Counted from the first letter of the stretch, positions 18,626 to 28,316 are shown. The stretch: 64,000 nucleotides of DNA from an uncultured Candidatus Saccharibacteria bacterium (GCA_964562615.1 CAZLUD010000003.1:2885-66884), one strand, 5' to 3'. Numbers and translations: made by a program. Notes: generated from the letters alone by a model not told the origin.

Positions 18626-19900
18626 ATGAAAAAAAGCGTATATTACCTATCCTTTATAGGAGTGTGTGTTATTGCAATAACGACACTTGTTCCTTTTACA
18701 TTTGGTCAAACAACCATTAGTGATATCCAGCGATCAATTCAACAAAAAGAGCAAGAGATACTTATTTTGCAGGAGCAATTAAAAGCCCTACGAGAAACAC
18801 TCTCAAAGGCGCAAAAGGATCAATCTACACAACTCTCTACTGCAACAGGAGGAAGTCCCTCTGGGCTTGTACTCATGCGTGAGTACACCGCCTTCACGCG
18901 AGCAATTGGATACGGCTCAACCGGTGAGGATGTAAAGAGTCTTCAGCTTATTCTCAATGAACTGGGGTACTATCCAGAGGCGGTGTTTAGCGGCTACTTT
19001 GGCGAGATGTCTGTTACCGCACTAAAACGATTTCAGTCAGCAAAGGGAATCGTCTCTAGTGGAGATGCAAGTACTACTGGGTATGGCATGCTTGGACCTT
19101 CTACAAGAAAGGCGATAAATGCGATTATTTCTGGATCAGTTGTACCAGGCATAGTGAGCAACGATCCGGTGAAGGATACTTCAACAAGTGGCAGTTCAAG
19201 TAGTAGTAAGGATGAAGGAAACACCTCATTTTATGCAGGCAAGGTCATTCTAAAGAAGGCGAGTGCTAGCAATGCAACAGCAAAGGATGAATATATTGAA
19301 ATAGAGATAGATGATAAGGCTGGATCAGATGTCATTCTTGCAGGATGGAAGGTACAGAGCACTATCACTAACAATGTGATTACGCTTGATACGGTATCGC
19401 CATTGTTTAGATTTGGTAGGTCTGGCACTACAGATGAGCTTAGACTGAAACCAAAGGACACGCTCACCATAGTGACGGGAATGTCACCACTTACGCAAAA
19501 GAGCTTTAGAGAAAACAAGTGTATGGGCTATTTGCGCCACTACTACTCGTTTAGCCCTTCAATTAGCTCATCATGTCCAAAACCAGAAGATGAATTAGAG
19601 GCGTACGGCAAAATCCCACTCACTGATGATGCATGCAGAACATATGTATCAAGACTTTCGTCATGCAAAGCACCACTGTCATCAGAAATTCCAACCACCG
19701 TATCACTTGCGTGTAGGTATTTTGTTGAAAACAACATCAACTACAATGCGTGTATCGACAAGCACCTCTCAGATGCAGATTTTTGGAAAGACGAGTGGCG
19801 CATATATCTAAATCGTTCAGATGAATTATGGAGAAAGAACAGAGAAGAGCTGGTGTTGCTTGATCAGTTTGGAAATCAGGTTGATAAGGTAACGTACTAA
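18626..19900 (+). CDS. secreted protein with a coiled coil, a peptidoglycan-binding (PG_binding_1) domain, a lamin-tail-like (LTD) domain and a Cys-rich C-terminus
   Basis: Signal-like N-terminus. The PG-binding segment is GSTGEDVKSLQLILNELGYY...ALKRFQ. DEYIEIEIDDKAGSDVILAGWKV resembles the LTD signature. Confidence 0.55.
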   Translation: MKKSVYYLSFIGVCVIAITTLVPFTFGQTTISDIQRSIQQKEQEILILQEQLKALRETLSKAQKDQSTQLSTATGGSPSGLVLMREYTAFTRAIGYGSTGEDVKSLQLILNELGYYPEAVFSGYFGEMSVTALKRFQSAKGIVSSGDASTTGYGMLGPSTRKAINAIISGSVVPGIVSNDPVKDTSTSGSSSSSKDEGNTSFYAGKVILKKASASNATAKDEYIEIEIDDKAGSDVILAGWKVQSTITNNVITLDTVSPLFRFGRSGTTDELRLKPKDTLTIVTGMSPLTQKSFRENKCMGYLRHYYSFSPSISSSCPKPEDELEAYGKIPLTDDACRTYVSRLSSCKAPLSSEIPTTVSLACRYFVENNINYNACIDKHLSDADFWKDEWRIYLNRSDELWRKNREELVLLDQFGNQVDKVTY

Positions 19901-19909
19901 TACATATCT

Positions 19910-20332
19910 ATGATAATCTTTCCAGACAGTTATAGCGACATACTCCTGTTGTATGCAGTGGGGCTCGCCACCTTTTTTATTATTGATATGGTATGGCTTG
20001 GTGTCGTTGCAAAAAAGTTTTACGCCAAAGAAATGGAAGGCCTACTCGCGCCCACCGTACGCTGGAATAGTGCAATACTGTTTTATCTACTGTATGTCGC
20101 TGGCATTATTGTGTTTGCTGTGTTGCCAGCGCTATACACACAAAAACTCGTAGTCGCGCCTGTTCTTGGTGGATTGTATGGATTCTTTACGTATATGACC
20201 TACGATCTTACAAATCGAGCGACACTTATCCGTTGGCCAATGAAGCTCGTGATTGTGGACATTGCCTGGGGGGTAATTATTTCTGCTATTGTCGCGATGA
20301 GTGTGTACTCTGCACATTTTGTGATACTTTAA
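19910..20332 (+). CDS. small multi-pass membrane protein (DUF2177-like)
   Basis: 140 aa with four hydrophobic helices. Confidence 0.4.
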   Translation: MIIFPDSYSDILLLYAVGLATFFIIDMVWLGVVAKKFYAKEMEGLLAPTVRWNSAILFYLLYVAGIIVFAVLPALYTQKLVVAPVLGGLYGFFTYMTYDLTNRATLIRWPMKLVIVDIAWGVIISAIVAMSVYSAHFVIL

Positions 20333-20340
20333 TATCCATT

Positions 20341-21303
20341 ATGCGTATCGCTCACCGACGAGCTGCTATTTTTGGACTACTGCTACCAGTGCTGTTTTTT
20401 GCAGTACCGGTTTATGCATATGATATTACTAACGGAGTGCGTCACTCTATTCCGCTTAGTGAGATTATTTCAAGCAAGGTACCTAAGGGGGGAGTTCCCG
20501 CACTTACAAATCCTCGTTTTGCAACAATAGAGGAGGCAGATATATTTTTGCTTCAAGAAACCATGGGCATAGGAATTGAATACAAGGGAGAGACTCGTTT
20601 TTATCCCTTTAGTATTTTGCTCTGGCATGAGGTAGTGAATGACACCATACTTGGCGTGCCGATTCTTGTAACCTATAACCCACTCTCTGGTACTGCAGTG
20701 GTATTTGATAGAACAATTGATGGGGAGGTGTATGAATTTAAGGTGTCTAGCAAATTCTGGAAGTCTAATTTGCTTATGTATAACAAGGCAGAGAATCTGC
20801 GACACGAATCACTTTGGTCACAAATACAAGGCACAGCAGTGGTTGGTATGCACACAGGAAAGAAGCTCGCTATACGCCCGTACGACGTAATGGCATACAA
20901 CCAATGGAAAACGCTTCACCCTGATACAAAAATACTCTCAATCAGAACCCCGTACGGCAGAAACTACGCAGATGACCCATATGGGATAGGTGGATATTAT
21001 ACCTCGTGGGATATCGCCTATGGCGCAAAGAAAGAGCTAACACCTACTATGCATCCAAAGCAGCCAGTGCTTGGGGTGAGGTATAACGGCAAGACAAAGG
21101 CGTATCCACTATATACTCTTGCTAAAGGGGTTACTCATGACGATTTTGCTGGGCATACAATAAAAATAGACCGCAAATCGTATGGGGACACGAGATTGTA
21201 TGTGGTGACACCCCAGGGTGATGTGCCGCTCATGTATACCGTGGCGTATTGGTTTTCTTGGATAAATGCCTACCCACAAAGCGAGGTGTATCTACCTGAA
21301 TAG
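20341..21303 (+). CDS. DUF3179 family secreted protein
   Basis: Signal peptide followed by KGGVPALTNPRF, which fits the DUF3179 GG[IV]P..D.IP motif. The in-frame upstream extension from 20233 overlaps the preceding gene and is probably not used. Confidence 0.55.
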   Translation: MRIAHRRAAIFGLLLPVLFFAVPVYAYDITNGVRHSIPLSEIISSKVPKGGVPALTNPRFATIEEADIFLLQETMGIGIEYKGETRFYPFSILLWHEVVNDTILGVPILVTYNPLSGTAVVFDRTIDGEVYEFKVSSKFWKSNLLMYNKAENLRHESLWSQIQGTAVVGMHTGKKLAIRPYDVMAYNQWKTLHPDTKILSIRTPYGRNYADDPYGIGGYYTSWDIAYGAKKELTPTMHPKQPVLGVRYNGKTKAYPLYTLAKGVTHDDFAGHTIKIDRKSYGDTRLYVVTPQGDVPLMYTVAYWFSWINAYPQSEVYLPE

Positions 21304-21573
21304 TGGGGGTATAAAAGTTTTCCACAGGGTATTTTTTATGATTTTTACCCCTGCTAACGTTTTATTTTTTTAGGTACGTACGATGGGTAAAATTGGTGAC
21401 GAGTCATAAGGTCATTTTACAAATACAAATTCGTGTGATCTGGACAAGAACCTCGAGAGCTGATCTGGTGGGGATTTTCTTGGTGGCAGGTGAGCGAGGT
21501 GGGACAATCATATACACGCATTATTAATTTAATTACGTGCTTGATTTGTTTCTATTCTGGGCAAGCAAATTGA

Positions 21574-23880
21574 GTGCATATACACAGTATGAGTGAAAGC
21601 ACCCCACGCATGGCGACTGAGAAAAAGTCGCTCCCATTACCAACCAGCATCGTAAAGCGGGATGGTAGTTCGGTTACGTTTGATAAGACAAAAATCGCAA
21701 GCGCTGCCGAGAAGGCGCTTAAAGAGACAGGAGAGTATAAAGCAGGCCTACCTTCGGTGGTATCAGATGCGGTGGTGGTTGCGCTATCACACAGAAAGGA
21801 TGCATCAAGCAATCCTCCTACGGTTGAAGATGTGCAGGATTTGGTTGAGAAGGAGCTCATGCTCTTGGGGCTTACTGAAACCGCGAAGGCGTATATTTTG
21901 TATAGACAAAAGCGAGCAGAGGAGAGAAAGCAGGTTGCAATGGTTCCACAGGAGGTAAAAGAATTGGTAGATTCAAGCAAAAAATATTTTCAAAACCAGC
22001 TTTCTGAATTTATTTTTTACACCATGTATGCACGCTGGATCCCAGAGAAAGGTAGACGTGAATCGTGGATAGAGGCAATAGACAGGTACATAGGCTTTAT
22101 GAGAGAGAATATCGGCTCTAAACTCACCGAGGCAGAATACGCTGAGGTAAGAGAGAGTATGCTCAAGATGGAGGCGATGGGATCTATGCGACTTTTGTGG
22201 AGTGCTGGAGAGGCAGCCCGAAAGACAAATGTCTGTGTATATAACTGCGCGTACATCGCACCATCTGCGTGGCAAGATTTCGGAGAAATAATGTACGTAC
22301 TTATGTGCGGCACGGGTATGGGATTTTCTGTTGAGCGACAAACAGTTGAGCAGTTGCCGCTCATACAACGACAGCGTGGAGAGATGCTCCCTACCCACAC
22401 GGTAGAGGATAGCAAAGAAGGGTGGGCGAAAGCCTTCGTAATGGCACTTGAGGTATGGTCTTCAGGAAGGGATATACAATTTGATTACAGCAAAATTCGC
22501 CCACAAGGGTCACGTCTAAAGACTATGGGGGGTAGGGCGTCGGGACCTGATCCACTTATAAAATTGATTAACTACACAAGAGAAAAGATGCTCGCGAGAC
22601 AGGGTAGGCACCTTACCACTCTTGATGTGCACGATATCATCTGCATTACTGGTGAAGTTGTGGTGGCGGGTGGGGTGCGAAGGAGCGCGCTCATCTCGCT
22701 TTCTGACCTCGATGATGGTGATCTTCGTACGGCAAAAAATGGGCAGTTTTATCTCACCAACCCAGAGCGCTCTATGGCAAACAACTCTGTTGCCTATAAC
22801 GAGAAGCCAACCATGCGACAGTTTCTTGATGAGTGGACAAACCTTGCGATTTCAGGTTCTGGAGAGCGAGGTATCTTTAACAGAGGAAGTCTTACCCAGC
22901 AGGTTCCTGCTCGACGATGGAGAAATCTTTCACAAGAAGAGAGATGGAAGACGGGTACTAATCCCTGCGGAGAGATTGTACTCAAGTCAAAGCAGTTTTG
23001 TAACCTGAGCGAGGTGGTAGCACGAGCCGAGGATACAGAAGAAACACTTATGAAGAAGGTTCGCATTGCGACCATACTTGGTACGTATCAAGCATCGCTT
23101 ACCAAGTTTAACTACCTATCAGAAGATTGGAAAAAAAATTGTGATGAAGAAGCGCTTCTCGGGGTATCAATAACAGGGCAATGGGATTCTCCTGTGGTAC
23201 GAAGTCCGCAGACTCTGCGCAAGCTAAAAGAAATAGCAGTTGAGGTTAACCGAGAGTACGCAGCTCGCTTTGGTATCAATCCCTCGACGTGCGTCACTAC
23301 CGTAAAGCCTTCTGGTAACGGGTCACAACTCTTTAACTGCTCATCAGGATTGCATCCACGACATGCTAAGTACTACATTCGTCGTGTGCGCATCGAGGGC
23401 CATAACCCACTCTTTAAGATGTTGGTTGATGAAGGGGTGCCATATCATCCAGAGGTAGGGCAGACGAGAGAAAACGCAAAGACATGGGTTCTCGAGTTTC
23501 CTGTAAAGGCTCCTGCTGGAGCAGTAGTAAAGGATGATGTCTCGGCGCTTGATCACCTTGCGTACTGGAAGGTAGCAAAAGAAAATTACACAGAGCACAA
23601 CCCATCAGTAACTATATCGGTAGGAGAGGACGAGTGGCTTGCGGTAGGTGATTGGGTCTATAAAAACTGGGATATTGTCGGCGGGCTTTCATTCCTTCCT
23701 CGAAGCGAGCATATCTACCAACTTGCTCCATACGAAGAAATTTCTGCTGAAGAATATGAAGCTCGAGCAAAGGCATTTCCTGCGATAGACTTCTCAAAGC
23801 TCTATGTGTACGAACAAGAGGATGTGACAGAAGGCGCAAAAACACTCGCGTGCACCGGCGGTACCTGCGAAATAGTGTAG
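21574..23880 (+). CDS. nrdJ: ribonucleotide reductase, class II (adenosylcobalamin-dependent, monomeric NrdJ type) with an N-terminal ATP-cone
   Basis: ATP-cone segment VKRDGSSVTFDKTKI. Active-site loop TNPCGEIVL (class II type rather than class I NLC.E). C-terminal Cys pair CTGGTC. No nrdB lies nearby. A PduO adenosyltransferase is adjacent. Confidence 0.75.
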   Translation: MHIHSMSESTPRMATEKKSLPLPTSIVKRDGSSVTFDKTKIASAAEKALKETGEYKAGLPSVVSDAVVVALSHRKDASSNPPTVEDVQDLVEKELMLLGLTETAKAYILYRQKRAEERKQVAMVPQEVKELVDSSKKYFQNQLSEFIFYTMYARWIPEKGRRESWIEAIDRYIGFMRENIGSKLTEAEYAEVRESMLKMEAMGSMRLLWSAGEAARKTNVCVYNCAYIAPSAWQDFGEIMYVLMCGTGMGFSVERQTVEQLPLIQRQRGEMLPTHTVEDSKEGWAKAFVMALEVWSSGRDIQFDYSKIRPQGSRLKTMGGRASGPDPLIKLINYTREKMLARQGRHLTTLDVHDIICITGEVVVAGGVRRSALISLSDLDDGDLRTAKNGQFYLTNPERSMANNSVAYNEKPTMRQFLDEWTNLAISGSGERGIFNRGSLTQQVPARRWRNLSQEERWKTGTNPCGEIVLKSKQFCNLSEVVARAEDTEETLMKKVRIATILGTYQASLTKFNYLSEDWKKNCDEEALLGVSITGQWDSPVVRSPQTLRKLKEIAVEVNREYAARFGINPSTCVTTVKPSGNGSQLFNCSSGLHPRHAKYYIRRVRIEGHNPLFKMLVDEGVPYHPEVGQTRENAKTWVLEFPVKAPAGAVVKDDVSALDHLAYWKVAKENYTEHNPSVTISVGEDEWLAVGDWVYKNWDIVGGLSFLPRSEHIYQLAPYEEISAEEYEARAKAFPAIDFSKLYVYEQEDVTEGAKTLACTGGTCEIV

Positions 23881-23892
23881 AGTACTCGCGTA

Positions 23893-24441
23893 CTAAAAGT
23901 AACGTGGATTCTTCTCGGTAATTCCCTTGAGGTGGATGAGGTAACGGGCAAATACATAGAGCACACTTGAAAGGCGATTGATGTAGGCAAGCGAGCCGTG
24001 TGATAGGGGGGTGGTTTTAGAAAATGTCACCATCCTCCGCTCGGCCCTGCGGGCTACCGTACGTGCCACATCACACCGTGCTGACAATACATCTTCACCG
24101 GGTACAATAAATGCGGTAGGTGGAGGAAGCTCCTTATCTATGTCAGCGATGAGTGATTCAAGAAAGACTAGTCGTTCTTGAGGGAGACGCTTATCAGCCC
24201 CTGCCACCTCAGCTTGTAGGGTGAAGCAGTCATTCTGTATCGCAAGCACCGCAGAGCTTAAGCGAGTTGTCTCAGGGGATTCGTTTGCGGCATTTAATTC
24301 TGCGCGCAACGAACCAAGTACAGAGCAGAGCTCATCAAGCGTACCGAGTGCCTCAAATCGCGCATCATCCTTTGGGGTACGATCTTTGCCGTCAAACCAT
24401 TTGCTGTCGCCATTATCACCTTTTCCTGTGTACCAAGACAT
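23893..24441 (-). CDS. pduO: ATP:cob(I)alamin adenosyltransferase, PduO type
   Basis: The N-terminus WYTGKGDNGDS matches the family motif YT.TGDKG.T. The 180-aa size fits. An in-frame upstream Met lies at 24456. Confidence 0.75.
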   Translation of the reverse strand: MSWYTGKGDNGDSKWFDGKDRTPKDDARFEALGTLDELCSVLGSLRAELNAANESPETTRLSSAVLAIQNDCFTLQAEVAGADKRLPQERLVFLESLIADIDKELPPPTAFIVPGEDVLSARCDVARTVARRAERRMVTFSKTTPLSHGSLAYINRLSSVLYVFARYLIHLKGITEKNPRYF

Positions 24442-24465
24442 GCTTGCACTATACACATATCACGT

Positions 24466-24906
24466 ATGAATATCAAAAATAATTTTGCAACCATCAGTAG
24501 CCTCATTGTTGTTGCGCTTGCTATTAGCGGGGGAGGGTACCTTTTGTATGGGGCGACCAATACCACAAACAATGAGGTCGCAACGTCGACAGAAGAGATT
24601 GTATTAAAACACGGAACTCTTTTGGTGGACGGAATCTTGGAAGAAGTGCCCTATGTGGCTATGGCGGATGCCTCTACATTAGCGATATTGCGGGCAATAA
24701 CAGACGGTAGAAAAATCTCGATAACAACAAAAGAGTACGAAGGGCTTGGCACTCTGGTTACCGCGATAGGGCAAAATGAGAATGGTACCGATGGAAAGTA
24801 TTGGCAGTACACCATTAACGGTGCAGCACCCACGGTGGGGGCGGATGCCTATATTCCACAAGAGGGTGATGTTATTGCGTGGATGTTTTCATCATCAGCA
24901 TTTTAG
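24466..24906 (+). CDS. DUF4430-domain secreted protein (transcobalamin/intrinsic-factor-like B12-binding fold)
   Basis: Signal/TM N-terminus. The C-terminal KYWQYTINGAAPTVGADAYIPQEGDVIAWMF matches the DUF4430 W.Y.VNG...GA..Y.L..GD.I.W motif. Confidence 0.6.
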   Translation: MNIKNNFATISSLIVVALAISGGGYLLYGATNTTNNEVATSTEEIVLKHGTLLVDGILEEVPYVAMADASTLAILRAITDGRKISITTKEYEGLGTLVTAIGQNENGTDGKYWQYTINGAAPTVGADAYIPQEGDVIAWMFSSSAF

Positions 24907-24927
24907 TAAGCGGTAGATAATTACATT

Positions 24928-25470
24928 ATGAACATAGTACCCAAAGCAGTGTGCATGATGGTAGGTATTTTTGTGATCGTGCTCTCACGAATTATCCCAC
25001 ATCCACCCAACGCAACAGCTACAGGAGCAATTGCACTCTTTACTGCACGATATGGAGGCGCCAAGTATGCAGTCACTACCGTGGTAATTGCTATGGTGCT
25101 TAGCGATATAGTGATTGGGTTTTATGCGCCAATGCTAATGGCGCTTGTATACGGGTCATTTATTTTTGTTACCGTGCTTGGTTTATTTATACCAATGCGT
25201 CATGGGGTGATTATGCCCATGGCATTATCGGTTATAGGTTCAGGAATATTTTTTATTATTACCAATTTCGGTGTGTGGGCTTTTTCAGGTATGTACCCAC
25301 TCACGCTAGCTGGGCTTAGTGCTGCATACACGCTCGCGTTGCCATTTTATGGCTACATGTTGTTGGGGGATATGTTATATACGGGTCTTATTTTTGGCAG
25401 TGCAACATTGCTATCAACGGAAGCAGTTAAGGGGTATGCTGTAAGATACGAGGCAAAGAGCTCGTCATAA
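24928..25470 (+). CDS. small polytopic membrane protein (5-6 TM), possibly an ECF-type substrate (B12?) component
   Basis: 180 aa and entirely hydrophobic helices. It sits immediately after DUF4430. The function is inferred from context only. Confidence 0.35.
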   Translation: MNIVPKAVCMMVGIFVIVLSRIIPHPPNATATGAIALFTARYGGAKYAVTTVVIAMVLSDIVIGFYAPMLMALVYGSFIFVTVLGLFIPMRHGVIMPMALSVIGSGIFFIITNFGVWAFSGMYPLTLAGLSAAYTLALPFYGYMLLGDMLYTGLIFGSATLLSTEAVKGYAVRYEAKSSS

Positions 25471-25498
25471 TAGGTAACGCCAATTAATAATATATTGT

Positions 25499-26296
25499 AT
25501 GAATGAATCACTAGTTCAGTTTTTAAAGGAAAGTCGATTTGGGAAGATGCTCGCTATTGTGATGCTTGCTGTGGCAGCATATCTTTCTGTTCTTGTGGTT
25601 AATGGAATAAAAGAATACCAGTACATTGGAGCAGATGTACCACCAACTACAACTATAAGCGTCTCTGGAGAAGGTGAGGTATTTGCGGTTCCAGATATTG
25701 CTGAGTTTACCTTTGCCGTAACTGCAGAGGCTAAAGAAGCGAGTGTTGCACAAGAAGAAAGTGCGACAAAGATAAATGCTATTATGGCATACCTAAAGGA
25801 GTCAGGTATTGAGGATAAGGATATCAAGACAACAGGGTATAATCTTTACCCACAATATGATTATGTTCGAGCGCTACCATGCACACAATTTTCTTGCCCA
25901 GAGGGTGAGCGGGTACTCAAAGGATTTACCGTGACGCAGACTATACATGTGAAGGTGAGAGCGACAGAAAAAGCGGGCACACTTATTGCAGGAGCGGGTG
26001 AGCGCGGTGCAACCGATGTTAGCGGACTAACCTTTACCATTGATGATGAAGAAGCATTAAAGGCTCAGGCACGAAAAGATGCTATCGACGACGCGCAAGC
26101 TAAAGCAAAGATACTTGCTGATGACTTGGGGGTAACGCTTGTACGCATTGTTTCCTTTAGTGAAAATGGTTCATCACCAATGTATTACGCAAAAGATATG
26201 GCGCTTAGCGTAGGAGGTGCGGAATCAGTACCGTCACTCCCAATGGGTGAAAACAAAATAAGCTCAAACGTATCTATTACCTACCAGATACGATAA
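25499..26296 (+). CDS. SIMPL-domain (DUF541) protein, membrane-anchored
   Basis: N-terminal TM followed by TISVSGEGEVFAVPDIAEFTFAV, which matches the start of a SIMPL domain. Confidence 0.65.
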   Translation: MNESLVQFLKESRFGKMLAIVMLAVAAYLSVLVVNGIKEYQYIGADVPPTTTISVSGEGEVFAVPDIAEFTFAVTAEAKEASVAQEESATKINAIMAYLKESGIEDKDIKTTGYNLYPQYDYVRALPCTQFSCPEGERVLKGFTVTQTIHVKVRATEKAGTLIAGAGERGATDVSGLTFTIDDEEALKAQARKDAIDDAQAKAKILADDLGVTLVRIVSFSENGSSPMYYAKDMALSVGGAESVPSLPMGENKISSNVSITYQIR

Positions 26297-26317
26297 ATAT
26301 ATAAAATTTAATACCAT

Positions 26318-26357
26318 AAAAACAAACAGAAGGCATATGCCTTCTGTTTGTTTTTAT
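26318..26357 (+). terminator. rho-independent terminator
   Basis: aaACAAACAGAAGGCatatGCCTTCTGTTTGTttttat. Confidence 0.75.
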
Positions 26358-26442
26358 AGATTAAGTACTGATGTTCAAACAAAAATCTAAGCAGTTCTGT
26401 TTTCAGGCTAGTAAAAAGTCATTTTATTGATAGAATCCAAAA

Positions 26443-26988
26443 ATGAAAAGAAAAATTTACATCGCAAAGAGAACTGCGCAAAATCAATTCACAGATGCGA
26501 TTATTGATGTAAATAAATCAATGTCAGTTTCAGAATTAAAATCTGCCTATGCGGATAAAATAGTTGATCGTGGCGGGTATATCCATAATGGACATTGGAT
26601 AATGCGATCTATTTCGACAGAAAATGAATTTTCACCTAATAATTTCCCTAGCGATTTGCGTCCCTGCGATGTTATTGAGATGGTTGAAAATAAAATAAGG
26701 ACATCTGATGCAATTGTGGCTATAATTTCAGGTAAATCATATGGGGCAATAGCAGAAATAGGTTTAGCGGTAGGTTTAAAAAAGGCCCTATACGTATTAC
26801 CCGAACCTAATCTCAAAAATGATGAAATTGAGGATTTGTGGCTTTCATTTAATATCTCACTTTTGTCGAGAAGTTACTGGTTAGAAAGTGACATTGTCTC
26901 AGTCTCTGAGTTTAAGGAAAGAGGGATAGACTCACTTGAATCGTACTTATTATATATTAATAAAATTGTACCACCATTTCTAAAATAA
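26443..26988 (+). CDS. nucleoside 2-deoxyribosyltransferase-like (NDT/SLOG-like fold) protein
   Basis: KIYIAK at the N-terminus and DAIVAIISGKSYGAIAEIGLAVGLKKALYVL parallel the NDT Rossmann-like core with a candidate catalytic Glu. The gene is very AT-rich. Confidence 0.45.
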   Translation: MKRKIYIAKRTAQNQFTDAIIDVNKSMSVSELKSAYADKIVDRGGYIHNGHWIMRSISTENEFSPNNFPSDLRPCDVIEMVENKIRTSDAIVAIISGKSYGAIAEIGLAVGLKKALYVLPEPNLKNDEIEDLWLSFNISLLSRSYWLESDIVSVSEFKERGIDSLESYLLYINKIVPPFLK

Positions 26989-26995
26989 AATTTAT

Positions 26996-27433
26996 ATGCA
27001 CCACGAAATACTAGCACGAGGCGTTTGTGTAGAATCAAACAAAATATTATTAGCTCGTTTTAAACCAAAAGATTACTACTTTCTCCCAGGGGGGCATGTT
27101 GAGTTTGGCGAATCAGTGCTAAGCGCACTCGAAAGAGAGATAGAAGAAGAAATGGGAATAAAAATAAAAGCAACAGAAGTAAGGACGGTTTTTGAACATA
27201 CTTGGTCAGGAAAAAATGGTCTAGTACATGAATACAGCTTCATAACCTCATTTGAGTTTGGCGAAGAAAAATTGATCAACTCTCGAATAGATCATCTCGA
27301 GTTTGAGTGGGTCTCCTTGGATCATTTTGATAAGATAAATTTTCTACCGCAAGAGATAAAAAATACGATTTTAGAAATTGCTAATAATAGCTTTGTACCA
27401 GCATTTCAATCCTCATTACGTAACCAGCTATAG
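26996..27433 (+). CDS. NUDIX hydrolase
   Basis: Nudix box GGHVEFGESVLSALEREIEEEMGI. Confidence 0.8.
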   Translation: MHHEILARGVCVESNKILLARFKPKDYYFLPGGHVEFGESVLSALEREIEEEMGIKIKATEVRTVFEHTWSGKNGLVHEYSFITSFEFGEEKLINSRIDHLEFEWVSLDHFDKINFLPQEIKNTILEIANNSFVPAFQSSLRNQL

Positions 27434-27579
27434 TATTGTTGGTTATTTTCTACATTGATTAAGCAGGTAACTCAAGTCATGTGTGTTGACAGTGGGTGCT
27501 TCAGCATGGTAGTATTTATCTGTTAACCCCGGGAGGGGTTTTTAAATTGGCGAATTATTATCGGTACCGTTTTACGCGT

Positions 27580-27762
27580 ATGAACAGATTTATCAATTAT
27601 TTAAAGGATACAAGAGCGGAGCTTTCGCATGTGTCGTGGCCTACGCAAAAGCAAGCAAGTGTGTTTACTGCACTTGTGATTATTATTTCTGTACTCACCG
27701 CAATATACCTCGGTCTTTTTGATCGCCTCTTCCTCATTCTTGTTGGTGAATTCTTTATTTAA
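27580..27762 (+). CDS. secE: preprotein translocase subunit SecE
   Basis: 60 aa. ELSHVSWPTQKQ is followed by a single TM. The gene lies immediately upstream of nusG. The ORF-track start at 27496 is probably too early. Confidence 0.75.
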   Translation: MNRFINYLKDTRAELSHVSWPTQKQASVFTALVIIISVLTAIYLGLFDRLFLILVGEFFI

Positions 27763-27770
27763 TTCACTCT

Positions 27771-28316
27771 ATGGCAAAGCAAACAACAGACACTGATCCA
27801 CATTGGTATGCGATTCATACCTACGCTGGTTATGAGAATGCGGTAGAGCGCAATCTCAAACAACGTATCGAATCTCTCGGAATGGAGGACAGAATTTTTG
27901 AGGTGGTAGTTCCTACAGAGAAAAAAATTCGTATTAAGGCAGGCAAGCGCGTAGAGGAGGAAGAGAAAATTTATCCAGGCTATGTCTTGGTGAAGATGAT
28001 CGTAACTGATGACTCTTGGTATGTGGTGCGCAACACTCCACGAGTAACTGGTTTTGTAGGGAGTGGAGTACAACCAGTACCGCTTACCGAAGAGGAAATC
28101 AAAGGACTCTTCTCGCGCATGCATTCAGATACGGTAAAACATCAGATAGATTTCTCAGTCGATGACCCAGTTATTATTGTAGACGGTCCATTTAAAGAGC
28201 TTGAAGGAAAGATTGGCGAAATAGACGAAGAGCGAGGCAAGGTAAAGGTGCTTGTTCCGATGTTTGGTCGAGAAACACCAGTCGAGCTGGATTTCTTGCA
28301 GGTAAAGCGTATTTAA
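27771..28316 (+). CDS. nusG: transcription termination/antitermination factor NusG
   Basis: N-terminal WYAIHTYAGYENAV (NGN domain) and a C-terminal KOW domain. The secE-nusG-rplK order is conserved. Confidence 0.9.
   Translation: MAKQTTDTDPHWYAIHTYAGYENAVERNLKQRIESLGMEDRIFEVVVPTEKKIRIKAGKRVEEEEKIYPGYVLVKMIVTDDSWYVVRNTPRVTGFVGSGVQPVPLTEEEIKGLFSRMHSDTVKHQIDFSVDDPVIIVDGPFKELEGKIGEIDEERGKVKVLVPMFGRETPVELDFLQVKRI

Noticed and set aside
21304-21573. Possible cobalamin riboswitch or NrdR box upstream of nrdJ
   Set aside because: No B12-box-like GCCACTG core or conserved riboswitch stems are visible. The only feature is a weak CACG-N-CGTG AT-rich imperfect palindrome at about 21513-21540, which is too degenerate to call.
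27496-27579. N-terminal extension of secE to 88 aa
   Set aside because: SecE homology begins at MNRFINYLKDTRAELSHVSWP. The upstream part overlaps the NUDIX terminator hairpin. I took the shorter start.
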